A stretch of 64,000 nt of DNA, taken from NCBI GenBank assembly GCA_003485325.1, contig DMZI01000037.1, positions 16,018 to 80,017 of the forward strand, read 5' to 3'. A program made the translations under genes and the position numbers. This stretch comes from Desulfotomaculum sp. (GTDB taxonomy: Bacteria > Bacillota > Desulfotomaculia > Desulfotomaculales > Nap2-2B). Position 1 is the first letter of the stretch; each line of letters starts with the position of its first letter. Of the stretch, positions 50,185 to 58,835 are shown piece by piece. A model generated the notes under the pieces. It did not search any database and was not told the DNA's origin. It saw only the letters and a list, made by a program, of their open reading frames with translations.

Positions 50185-51351
50185 TTACGATTTGTTGGCC
50201 TTTCTGTAGCCCAGGGCGTCGTTGGCAACGATTGTCTTTTGAATGTTGCTCGTGCCCTCGACGATCTGGTAGTACTTGGCGTCCCGGAAGAGCCTGGCCA
50301 CCGGGTACTCCTCGGAATAACCATAGGCGCTGTAAATCTTCATCGCGTAGTCGGCGCACTTGTTCGCCGCCTCAGCGGCGAAAAGCTTGGCCATGGAGGT
50401 CTCCAGCGTGCAGGGCCTGCCCTTGTCTTTCAGGAAAGCCACCTTGTAGACCATCAGGCGGGCGGCGTTTATATCCACCACCATCTGGGCGATCTGATCC
50501 TGGATCATCTGGAATTTGCCGATCAGTTGGCCGAACTGCTCGCGCTGGTTGCAGTATTCAAGTGACGCATCCAGGCATGCCTGGGCGACACCAAGGGCGC
50601 CGGCCATGGAAGCAAGGCGGGTGTCGTCGAGCTGTTTCATAGCAATAACAAAACCCTCGCCTTCTTTGCCCAGGAGGTTTTCTTTGGGAACCCTGCAGTT
50701 TTCAAATGTGATTGAGCCTACCGGGCCGCCCCAGTTACCAAGCTTTTCGGTAATTGCCTCATTGGTGATGCCTTCAGACTTCATGTCTACGATAAAGGCG
50801 GACATTCCCTTTACTGGCCTTGAAGGATCGGTGTAGGCGTAAACCAACCCCACGTCCGCTACGGTGCAGTAAGAGATCCACATTTTGCTGCCGTTTAAAA
50901 CGTAATGATCTCCGTCAAGAATGGCCTTGGTTTTCATGGCGGCCACGTCGGAACCCGCATTCGGCTCTGTTAAGGCAAAACAGCCGAATACATCCGCATT
51001 GACCAGCGGCGGAACGTATTTCTTCTTTAACTCCTCGCTGCCGTATCGCAGGATGGTCATTGCAGGACCCAATAAATTGGCTGCAAAAGCGAGCCTTAAG
51101 GAACTCCACACCCTTGCCGTTTCTTCAGCCAGGATGGCTAAAGCCGCATAACCCATACCGTTTCCGCCGTACTCCTCGGGAACGGCACAACCAAAAAATC
51201 CCAGTTCGCCCATCTTTTTGACCAGATCGGGGCGGAAGCGGTGCGCCTTGTCATCGGCATCGCAAGTAGGTTTTACCTCTGTCTCGGCAAAATCGCGGGC
51301 AAGCCTTCGAATATCTTGCAACTCTTCTGAAAGATCAAAATCCATACCCAA
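50185..51351 (-). CDS. acyl-CoA dehydrogenase (short/medium-chain type)
   Basis: 388 aa with the ACAD N, M and C domains (…ALTEPNAGSD…, …YQIVEGTSNIQ…). Confidence 0.9.
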   Translation of the reverse strand: MGMDFDLSEELQDIRRLARDFAETEVKPTCDADDKAHRFRPDLVKKMGELGFFGCAVPEEYGGNGMGYAALAILAEETARVWSSLRLAFAANLLGPAMTILRYGSEELKKKYVPPLVNADVFGCFALTEPNAGSDVAAMKTKAILDGDHYVLNGSKMWISYCTVADVGLVYAYTDPSRPVKGMSAFIVDMKSEGITNEAITEKLGNWGGPVGSITFENCRVPKENLLGKEGEGFVIAMKQLDDTRLASMAGALGVAQACLDASLEYCNQREQFGQLIGKFQMIQDQIAQMVVDINAARLMVYKVAFLKDKGRPCTLETSMAKLFAAEAANKCADYAMKIYSAYGYSEEYPVARLFRDAKYYQIVEGTSNIQKTIVANDALGYRKANKS

Positions 51352-51370
51352 ATCTCCTCCTTAATTATGC

Positions 51371-51382
51371 TTGGTTAACCAA
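51371..51382. promoter_or_regulatory. perfect 12-bp palindrome, candidate operator
   Basis: TTGGTTAACCAA lies 20 nt upstream of the acyl-CoA dehydrogenase start, in the divergent region shared with the MFS genes. Confidence 0.3.
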
Positions 51383-51537
51383 AACTTTATTTGTAGATGT
51401 ATATTTTAGACACAAGTACTGTTATTTCCTGCCGGGTTCTTAAAAATTTTATTTCTTAAACGCTCTGATCATTGTTGACGAAAAGCAGGAAATATGCGGA
51501 TTCGACAGAAATATAATAAAAAATGAAAGGATCAGAC

Positions 51538-52812
51538 ATGTCAGACGATAAGCAAAATAAACCGGCGTTTTTTTACGGCTGGCTCGTGCTTGCAGCCTGC
51601 GTTTTAATTGGCATGACCGCTGCGGCCCAGTTGACCTATGGAATATATGTCAAGGAACTGATCGCCGAGTTTCACTGGAACAGGACGCTGACGTCGTCGA
51701 TCAGTTCGGTCCATTATTTTGTCTATAGCCTGGCAGCCGTTCTTGCGGGAACAATTGCCGACCGCTACAGGCCCAGGCCGCTTATTTTGGTTTCCGCCGT
51801 CCTGCTTGGCGGGGGCCTTCTCCTGTGCGGGCTTGCCCGCAACGTATGGCAAATGTACCTGTTCTTCGGGATTGTCGCGGCCCTTGGCACAAGCTGCTGT
51901 TATTGCGTGCCTTCCTCTATCGTACAGAGGTGGTTTATTGAAAAAAGATCCGTAGCGCTCGGAATAAGCATGTGCGGCATAAGCATCGGCAGTTTCGTAA
52001 TTTCCCTGCTTGTCGGTTACCTCATTCCCCACTACGGTTGGAGGGTGGGGTTTTTTGCCGAAGGGGCTTTTCTCTTTTCAATCATGATCCTGGCCAGTAT
52101 TTTCATGGCGGGAAATCCGGAAGAAAAGGGCCTTTTGCCATATGGCGCAGAAAAAATTCAAACCGCCAGTTTAATTACAAATCTAAATCAGAACGATGTC
52201 TGGACCTTTAAAAGTTTAATTGCCAACAAGTATTTTATAGGCTGTTTTGCCAACCAGTTTTTTACTTGTATTTCCCTGATCATCATGTATACTCATTTTG
52301 TAGCCAACGCAGAGGATATGGGCATCCCCAAACTGGCCGCCGCCGGCGCGCTCGGCATGGTCGGTGTCATCAGCGCCGCGGGAAGGTTTCAGGCGGGATA
52401 TCTCTGCGAAAGGATTGGATACAAAAAAGGCCTCATCCTTTCCTGCGGTCTTTGTCTCGTCGCCTTTTTATACCTTATTTTCGTAAGAAATCTGCTGATG
52501 CTTTACGTATTTGTTATTTTTTATTCACTTGGATACGGCGGCAAGGCAATGGCCCTGCCCGGACTGACGGGAGAGGTATTCGGAACAAATTCTTTGGGAA
52601 AGATCCTTGGCCTTATCGCCATAGCTTTCGGAACAGGAGGTTTTATAGGTTCGGTACTGGGAGGCTGGATATTTGATCAAACCGACAGCTATTGTTTAGC
52701 TTTTATCGCCGGGGCGTTTTTTTACCTGATGGCCATTCTTTCCGTTGCGCATATCAGGCCTAATCCGCAGCCGGCCGCGCACGTTCCCGCGAAACAACCA
52801 AAAAGGATTTAA
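51538..52812 (+). CDS. MFS transporter (oxalate/formate antiporter-like), paralogue 1
   Basis: 12 TM helices, FFYGWLVLAA... AAGGA lies 6 nt upstream of ATG 51538. Confidence 0.85.
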   Translation: MSDDKQNKPAFFYGWLVLAACVLIGMTAAAQLTYGIYVKELIAEFHWNRTLTSSISSVHYFVYSLAAVLAGTIADRYRPRPLILVSAVLLGGGLLLCGLARNVWQMYLFFGIVAALGTSCCYCVPSSIVQRWFIEKRSVALGISMCGISIGSFVISLLVGYLIPHYGWRVGFFAEGAFLFSIMILASIFMAGNPEEKGLLPYGAEKIQTASLITNLNQNDVWTFKSLIANKYFIGCFANQFFTCISLIIMYTHFVANAEDMGIPKLAAAGALGMVGVISAAGRFQAGYLCERIGYKKGLILSCGLCLVAFLYLIFVRNLLMLYVFVIFYSLGYGGKAMALPGLTGEVFGTNSLGKILGLIAIAFGTGGFIGSVLGGWIFDQTDSYCLAFIAGAFFYLMAILSVAHIRPNPQPAAHVPAKQPKRI

Positions 52813-52820
52813 TTTATAAA

Positions 52821-54074
52821 ATGTCAAACGAAGCGCAAAACAACCCCAAATTTTTTTACGGCTGGATCGTTGTTATAGCCCTTACTTTTGTCGGAATGAC
52901 GTCAGCCGCGCAGCTGACCTTCGGCATTTATGTCCTTGATCTGGCCAGGGAATTTGGCTGGAACAGAGCGCTCACATCTTCCCTGGCTTCGTTTAATAAC
53001 CTGTTCTATGGAATTTCGGCTATTATAACCGGTATCCTGGCGGATCGATACAGCCCCAAGATTACCGTCTGGGTGGCCGGGTTTCTTTTGGGCGGCGGGC
53101 TTCTTTTATCCGGCATGGCTCAAAACTACTGGCAGTTGTTTTTCTTTTTCGGGGTCATCGCCGGCCTCGGCACAGGATGCTGCTATTCAATTCCGTCTTC
53201 AGTCGTTCAAAAGTGGTTTATAGAAAAAAGAGGGGTTGCCCTGGGCGTCAGCATGTGCGGGATAGGCCTCGGCGCCTTCATCATCTCCCTGCTGGTAGGT
53301 TATCTCATTCCCATTTACGGGTGGCGGACAGGTTTTTTCGCTGAAGGGGCCCTTCTTTTCTTATTTATGTTCGTCCCCGCCTTTTTCATCGTCCGTGAAC
53401 CCCGTCAAATAGGCCTGCTGCCTTTGGGCATGAAAAATAGTCATCCTGACAACGGGCTTAATAAGCCCCACACCAATCTCGTCCTGCTGATTAAAAAACT
53501 GATCTCCAACCGGACCTTTTTATTGCTTTACGCCAATCAATTTTTTACCTGTATTGCGCTGTTGATTGTCTCCACCCACGTCGTGCCCTTTGCCGAGGAT
53601 ATGGGCATCCCCAAACTGGTGGCGGCAAGCGCAATGGGGCTGGTGGGTTTGTTCAGCGGTGTGGGGAGACTGCAGGCAGGTTTCGTCTGCGACAAAATCG
53701 GCTTCAAGAAAAGCCTGATTATTTTCTGCAGTATGTGCTGTATTGCCTTTTTGTATTTAATCACGGTGAAAAATATATGGATGCTCTATATTTTCGTGGT
53801 TATCTATTCCCTGGGTTACGGAGGCAAAGCCATGTCCCTGCCGGGCTTGGCGGGCTACTCGCTGGGAACGGGCTCGCTCGGCACAATAATGGGACTGATC
53901 TCCTCCGCATTCGGTCTGGGAGGTTTTATAGGCTCGATAATGGGCGGCTGGATTTTTGACCACACCCACAGCTATGTCTGGGCTTTTATCGCCGGCGCGT
54001 TTTGCTACGTAATAGCCATAATCTGCGCTTATCTAACCAAAAAAGAAACTGTCCTAGAAATTAACTTGCATTAG
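52821..54074 (+). CDS. MFS transporter (oxalate/formate antiporter-like), paralogue 2
   Basis: A tandem paralogue of the previous gene (FFYGWIVVIA...). The last 7 codons (LEINLH*) lie inside repeat copy A. Confidence 0.85.
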   Translation: MSNEAQNNPKFFYGWIVVIALTFVGMTSAAQLTFGIYVLDLAREFGWNRALTSSLASFNNLFYGISAIITGILADRYSPKITVWVAGFLLGGGLLLSGMAQNYWQLFFFFGVIAGLGTGCCYSIPSSVVQKWFIEKRGVALGVSMCGIGLGAFIISLLVGYLIPIYGWRTGFFAEGALLFLFMFVPAFFIVREPRQIGLLPLGMKNSHPDNGLNKPHTNLVLLIKKLISNRTFLLLYANQFFTCIALLIVSTHVVPFAEDMGIPKLVAASAMGLVGLFSGVGRLQAGFVCDKIGFKKSLIIFCSMCCIAFLYLITVKNIWMLYIFVVIYSLGYGGKAMSLPGLAGYSLGTGSLGTIMGLISSAFGLGGFIGSIMGGWIFDHTHSYVWAFIAGAFCYVIAIICAYLTKKETVLEINLH

Positions 54075-54248
54075 GAAGGTCAACTGCCTACGTGCTCATG
54101 TTCGCCTCTTATTCTTATACGAATTCGTTCACCCTCGGGCTTAAGTCAAACTCGGCATATTTCAAACCGCAGCAAGTTGTTTAAGCCTGCTCCATTTTAC
54201 ATACTCAGGCGCGCCACATATTTTAACGTTTGCTTATTTGGACTATCC
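54052..54248 (+). repeat. mosaic intergenic repeat, copy A (57-nt head + A/C-type body, ends CTATCC)
   Basis: The head at 54052-54108 has 3 mismatches to the family consensus. The body shares CTTATTCTTATACGAATTCGTTCACCCTCGGGCT with copy C. The unit fills the whole spacer between the MFS2 and acyl-CoA synthetase stops. Confidence 0.8.
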
Positions 54249-56360
54249 GGTTAATAAAATACGTGAATCAACAACCAACGCTTTATTTGGATAAACAATT
54301 ACAGGGTTCATATCAATTTCTTTAATCTGTGTGAAAGTTGTTACCAGAGTTGAGATTTTCATCAAGATATCGACAATCGGTTCAAGATTGACGACCACCC
54401 GGCCCCGGTAGCCTTGCAACAAAGAAAATCCCTTTATTTCTTGGATCATCTCTCTGGCCGCCAGGGTATTTAAAGGCAATAGCCTGAAGGAGACGTCATG
54501 ATAAACCTCTACAGTTGTTCCTCCCAGGCCAAACATTATGACCGGGCCGAACTGGTTATCCGTAATAGCTCCGATGATAACTTCTATACCTGGAGGGGCC
54601 ATAGGTTGAATACTTACGCGGACCAGGGGATCAAAGCATCTGCCTTTCAAGATAATTTCTTCATAAGCTTCCTTGATTTCTTTTTCACCGGCTAAATTCA
54701 GCATAACCCCGCCAATATCTGATTTGTGCACGATTAAAGGAGAGACAAGTTTTAAGACCACCGGCGTTCCCAATGAAGCTGCTGCACGACATGCTTCTTC
54801 TGAGCTTTCAATTGTTTTAACCGGGGTAACAGAGATCCCAGCTGTAGACAAAAATTCTTTTGCTTCCGGTTCAGTTAAAACATTTCGCCCTTCTTGTTCA
54901 ACTCCGGCAAGAATGAATTTAGCTTTTGCTTCATCCAACGCTGCCTGAGAGCTTTGCTCTGAAATGATTGTTTCTTTCTTTTGCCTTATGTCAGCGTAAC
55001 GGTATAAATTGGCCAGTGCCCGTGCCATCCTATCCGGTAACCTATAGACAGGTATATTTTTTCTTTCAATATCTTTTAGCTTACTGTCATTCGCTTCTGC
55101 GGGTGAATCCTGCATCAAAACAAAAGGTTTGGTGATTTCTCCGGCTGCTGCAAGCTGTTCGACAGCTTCCAGAATATTCGGTGTATACTCCGGATGATGA
55201 GTATTCAATAAAGCTACCATGTCAACATTATTATCTTGCATTATAAGCCTGAGCGTCTGAATAATAATTTGTTTATCTGATACCCCAAAGGTTATATCTA
55301 TAGGATTAGAGTGTAAAGTATAACGGGCCATTGAAGACAGACAGTTATCAAGTGCTTCTATAGTAGAATGCTCAAGTTCCGCTAATTTCAGCCCTTCTTG
55401 TTCGGCGACGCTGGTAAAAATAATCCCCAGGCCAGCCTGTACAGTAGCGATACCTACCCGGTTACCACGCGGAATAGGCGAAAGAGAAAGGATCTTGGCC
55501 GTATCTATTAGTTCATCAATGCTTGTCACACCGATAATCCCAGCATCCCGAAAGGCGGTCTGGTAGAGGTAAAAACTACCTGTCAGCGTCCCCGTATGAG
55601 AAAACGCTGCCCTGTTAACAGCCTCGGATCCTCTTACTTTATATGCCACTACGGGCTTAAACATAGTTATTTTCTTAGCTTCTTCAAGCAAAAGACGGGG
55701 ATTTTCTATTCCCTCCAGATACATTAAAACTACTTTTATTTCAGGATCACTGCCGAAATGAGCCAGGATGTCGGAAAACTCTACGTTACAGCGATTACCT
55801 AAAGCAACCGCTTTGCTTGTTCCTATGTTTTCATTTAACAAGGCGTAAAGAACAAGCATACAAACTCCTCCACTTTGACTGATCAATCCGATTGGACCCC
55901 GTGGGACCTCTTTTAAAAAAGGTACGAAGGAAAGATTTAAAGAACAGGCAGTATTTATTAATCCCAGGGTATTCGGCCCGATTATTTTCACTCCTGTCTC
56001 AATCGCAGACTGTAAGATTTCTTTTTCCAACTCCTGTCCGGTTTCAGCCTCTTTGAATCCTGAACTGATAATTATAACTCCCTTCGCTCCCGCTCTTGCA
56101 CAGTCTAAAACAGCTTCTTTAACAGCCTGGGAAGGGACAACGATTAAACCTATGTCGAAAGTTTCAGGTAATTCGGTAACCGAAGGATAAGTTATCACAC
56201 CGAATATTTCTTCATGATGAGGATTTATAGGATAAATAGTTCCCTTATACCCGCATTGTAAAAGGCTCATAAGACATAGACCGCCAGCCTTATAACTGTC
56301 ACTGGAAGCGCCGATTACAGCTACTGACTTCGGATTAAAAAAATAATTTAGAAGATCCAT
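54243..56360 (-). CDS. ADP-forming acyl-CoA synthetase (fused CoA-binding/ligase + ATP-grasp)
   Basis: 705 aa with an N-terminal CoA-binding domain (KSVAVIGASSDSYKAGG), a succinyl-CoA-ligase-like domain and a C-terminal ATP-grasp. It is visibly more AT-rich than its neighbours. Confidence 0.85.
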   Translation of the reverse strand: MDLLNYFFNPKSVAVIGASSDSYKAGGLCLMSLLQCGYKGTIYPINPHHEEIFGVITYPSVTELPETFDIGLIVVPSQAVKEAVLDCARAGAKGVIIISSGFKEAETGQELEKEILQSAIETGVKIIGPNTLGLINTACSLNLSFVPFLKEVPRGPIGLISQSGGVCMLVLYALLNENIGTSKAVALGNRCNVEFSDILAHFGSDPEIKVVLMYLEGIENPRLLLEEAKKITMFKPVVAYKVRGSEAVNRAAFSHTGTLTGSFYLYQTAFRDAGIIGVTSIDELIDTAKILSLSPIPRGNRVGIATVQAGLGIIFTSVAEQEGLKLAELEHSTIEALDNCLSSMARYTLHSNPIDITFGVSDKQIIIQTLRLIMQDNNVDMVALLNTHHPEYTPNILEAVEQLAAAGEITKPFVLMQDSPAEANDSKLKDIERKNIPVYRLPDRMARALANLYRYADIRQKKETIISEQSSQAALDEAKAKFILAGVEQEGRNVLTEPEAKEFLSTAGISVTPVKTIESSEEACRAAASLGTPVVLKLVSPLIVHKSDIGGVMLNLAGEKEIKEAYEEIILKGRCFDPLVRVSIQPMAPPGIEVIIGAITDNQFGPVIMFGLGGTTVEVYHDVSFRLLPLNTLAAREMIQEIKGFSLLQGYRGRVVVNLEPIVDILMKISTLVTTFTQIKEIDMNPVIVYPNKALVVDSRILLTG

Positions 56361-56619
56361 CCTCCTATCGAAATCCTTTCATATTTTTTTTATTTCTTAA
56401 AATCTTCTAAGACCTTCCTTTCTTCCAGCACACTTAACATTCTACATGACCGTAAAATCCTGGATCATCAATAAAAATAATAACATATCTGAATTTAAAA
56501 GAAAACAGCTATAAAGCATTAGCATGAATTAAGAAAGGGTGAAAATGTGAGTGTAGGAAGTTGTCTTAGTAGGAATAATCCTTCTGGATGGTTGACAGCC
56601 ATCCAAACATGCTTTAGAA

Positions 56620-56946
56620 ACCTTTTTAGTTAAATCTCGCTGATAATAGGCTATATAATTCCCATTTACGGGTGGCGGACAGGTTTTTCGCTGAGGGAGT
56701 TCTTCTTTTTTTTATTCATGTTCGTACCTGCCTTTTTTATTGTTCGGGATCCGGGAGAAAAAGTCCTTCTGCCTTATGGAGCGAAAAATAATCATCCCGA
56801 CAACGGGCTTAATAAGTCCCATCCCAATCTAGTCCTGCTGATTAAAAAACTGATCTCATAGCTACGTGTGGGCTTTCATTGCCGGCGCAGTTTGCTACGT
56901 GGTGGCCATAACTTTCGCTTTCCTGACTAAAAAGGAACTATCCTGA
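56620..56946 (+). pseudogene. internally deleted, frameshifted remnant of a third MFS paralogue
   Basis: 56633-56868 aligns to MFS2 53283-53510 (…ATTCCCATTTACGGGTGGCGGACAGG…CTGCTGATTAAAAAACTGATCTC) with indels. 56870-56946 aligns to MFS2 53967-54055. About 450 nt between the two segments is missing. Confidence 0.8.
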
Positions 56947-57296
56947 AAATAAGTATCCGATAGGCACGGCAATATCAACGCTCACTCCGGTGCTCCGCAC
57001 CGACAGCAGCACGGCTTGCTTCGGACCGGACTAGCGGTGCTGCAAAGGCGGCATGGCAAATTTTAAAAATATAGCTTCCATTATACTTCTGATCTCATTT
57101 AGCCTCTTCAAGAAACTACCAGTGTGCCGCTGGTTTCGCACCGCTGTCCGGTTACCCTCGCTTCGCCGGCTGCTGTTACCGGCGCTTCGCAATTCGTTCG
57201 CTGTTGACAACACCGTGCCCTTTGGACGGTTTTACTGAATGCTTACTTTTTCATCCTTCTGATGGCGCCGCTTGAAAGCGGCATGGGTGTCTATCC
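56941..57296 (+). repeat. mosaic repeat, copy X (head truncated to TCCTGAAAAT; long body; ends CTATCC)
   Basis: It is preceded by CTATCC (56938-43). It contains a B/D-type tail variant (GCTCACTCCGGTGCTCCGCACCGAC), an AT-rich core at 57055-57120 and the C-type end TTTTCATCCTTCTG...AGCGGCATGGGTGTCTATCC. Confidence 0.7.
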
Positions 57297-57420
57297 TGAA
57301 AATTAACTTGCATTAGGGAGGCCAACTGCCTTCGTGCTCATGTTCGCCTCAGACCGTCGTTGTCACGGTTTGCTCAGGTGCTCCGTGCCGGCATCGCCAA
57401 CGATTCGCTTCGAACCTGGA
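57294..57420 (+). repeat. mosaic repeat, copy B (57-nt head + B/D-type tail)
   Basis: The head at 57294-57350 has 2 mismatches. The tail is AGACCGTCGTTGTCACGGTTTGCTCAGGTGCTCCGTGCCGGCATCGCC. It abuts copy X head-to-tail and runs up to the pyrF stop. Confidence 0.8.
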
Positions 57421-57422
57421 AG

Positions 57423-58100
57423 TCAACTGATTTCCTCCAGGATTTTCTGAGCCGCGCTCCTTGGGTCAGCCGCTTTGGTAATCGGCCTGCCGATAACCAG
57501 GTAGTCAGCCCCCGCATCAATTGCTTCCCGGGGAGTCACCGACCTTTTGTGGCTGTCAACAGCGCTTCCCGCGCTGCGTATTCCCGGCGTCACAATTAGT
57601 ATGTCCCGGCCAAGTTCCCTCCTTAACAGGGCAGCTTCGGAACCGGAAGCAATTACTCCGTCGCACCCGCCCTGAATGGATTTTTTCACCCTGGCCAGGA
57701 CCAGTTCTTCAACGGAACAGCTGTAACCGAAATCCAAAATATCCGCTGCGTCCATGCATGTCAAAACAGTCACCGCGAGCAGTTTTAAATTCGAATTCCC
57801 GCGGCCGGCGGCAGCCGCTTCGATAATCCCGCCGTTTCCGTGAATCGTTAAAAAATCTACCCCGAGCCGCGCCGCCAGGATAACAACTTTTTGGACAGTT
57901 TCCGGAACGTCAAAGTACTTCATGTCCAGAAAAACACGTTTACCGCTGTCCAAAAGCCATTGCAGCATTTTCGTTCCGCCGGCAAGCTGTAATTCCATGC
58001 CCACTTTAAAGAAATCCACTACCCCGTCAAGGGACCGGACAAGTTCCATGGCCCTGGCCGGCTCGTCAAAATCCAGGGCGCAAATAATTCTCTTTTCCAT
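57423..58100 (-). CDS. pyrF: orotidine 5'-phosphate decarboxylase
   Basis: 225 aa with ALDFD...FLDMKYFDVPETV...IVTPGIR. No other pyr genes are nearby. Confidence 0.9.
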   Translation of the reverse strand: MEKRIICALDFDEPARAMELVRSLDGVVDFFKVGMELQLAGGTKMLQWLLDSGKRVFLDMKYFDVPETVQKVVILAARLGVDFLTIHGNGGIIEAAAAGRGNSNLKLLAVTVLTCMDAADILDFGYSCSVEELVLARVKKSIQGGCDGVIASGSEAALLRRELGRDILIVTPGIRSAGSAVDSHKRSVTPREAIDAGADYLVIGRPITKAADPRSAAQKILEEIS

Positions 58101-58114
58101 AAAAGCCCTTTCTA

Positions 58115-58369
58115 TCCTGAAAATTAACTTGCCTTAGGGAGGTCAACTGCCTACGTGCTCATGTTCGCCTCTTATACTTGTACGAACTCGTTCGCCCTCG
58201 GGCTCGGTAAAACTCGGCGCCATGCGCCTCAAACAGTTACCTCGCTTTACCTCGGGTTCACTCGTTCTTCGAATGAAGGCTCAAAATCGCACTTAAGGCA
58301 TTGCCCTCCCTTTGCTGATGAATTTTCATCCTCCTGCTGGTGTCACTTTAGCGGCATGGATGTCTATCC
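58115..58369 (+). repeat. mosaic repeat, copy C (57-nt head + A/C-type body + tail, flanked by TCTATCC)
   Basis: The head at 58115-58171 has 1 mismatch. TCTATCC occurs at 58111-17 and 58363-69. It fills the whole spacer between the fmdB-like stop and the pyrF RBS. Confidence 0.85.
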
Positions 58370-58370
58370 A

Positions 58371-58703
58371 TCAATCTTTAACATCGTCCGCCGCTTTCTT
58401 GCGCGCCTCTTCAATTACCCCGTCGAATTCCTTTCCGGGATCCATGCCCATTTCCTTCATGCGCTTTTTTGCCCAGAGGCCTACGTTGCGGTCGTCCTTG
58501 TAATAATCCTCGCTGCTCCTCGTGCTTGTATCAAGGCCGGCCAGCCGGTCACCCTCGCTGCGGTGGTAAGCAAAAGAGGACATAACCCGCACCAGGGAAG
58601 TCCCTTTGCAAAAAGGGCAGTACAGGCCTTCTTCTTCAAAAGACCTAACCAGCATCTCCACCTTTTTGCCGCAGTCGCCGCAGGAATATTCATAAACAGG
58701 CAT
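58371..58703 (-). CDS. FmdB-family zinc-ribbon protein
   Basis: MPVYEYSCGDCGKKVEMLVRSFEEEGLYCPFCKG is a CxxC...CxxC motif. The internal Met at 58703 matches the family N-terminus. Confidence 0.75.
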   Translation of the reverse strand: MPVYEYSCGDCGKKVEMLVRSFEEEGLYCPFCKGTSLVRVMSSFAYHRSEGDRLAGLDTSTRSSEDYYKDDRNVGLWAKKRMKEMGMDPGKEFDGVIEEARKKAADDVKD

Positions 58704-58743
58704 ATTTACTGCAACCCCTTTGTTTTTGAGTTTATGGGAAACA

Positions 58744-58773
58744 TTGACGTTTAACAATACTTTCTAATATAAT
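58744..58773 (+). promoter_or_regulatory. putative sigma-A promoter of ileS
   Basis: TTGACG (58744-49), an 18-nt spacer, then TATAAT (58768-73). Confidence 0.45.
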
Positions 58774-58835
58774 ATAAATCGTTGATCTTATGTAAGCAAG
58801 CCAAGATATTTTTTGTTTTCGAGGTGTTCAAAAAA

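Noticed and set aside
50161-50642. Several 60-157-aa plus-strand ORFs overlap the acyl-CoA dehydrogenase gene. Similar antisense ORFs sit over UDG (6423-7093), the rib genes (35036-38653), hppA (19223-21205) and ileS (59602-61678).
   Set aside because: They lie entirely antisense or out of frame within long, well-supported genes in GC-rich sequence. Their Arg/Pro/Ser-rich compositions are junk-like and they lack SD sequences, which is typical of shadow ORFs.
54052-58369. The clustered direct repeats might be a CRISPR array.
   Set aside because: The units are 57-355 nt, irregularly spaced, mosaic and separated by whole genes. One is inverted. No cas genes are present and there is no short palindromic repeat/spacer periodicity.
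58155-58754. A 199-aa ORF starts in repeat copy C and runs antisense through the fmdB-like gene.
   Set aside because: The first third is repeat sequence that is not length-conserved in other copies. The rest is the antisense shadow of a well-supported zinc-ribbon gene. The SD spacing is poor.
58704-58835. A T-box leader was expected upstream of ileS.
   Set aside because: Only about 130 nt are available and most of that is promoter. I found no specifier loop or T-box sequence (AGGGUGGNACCGCG-like).
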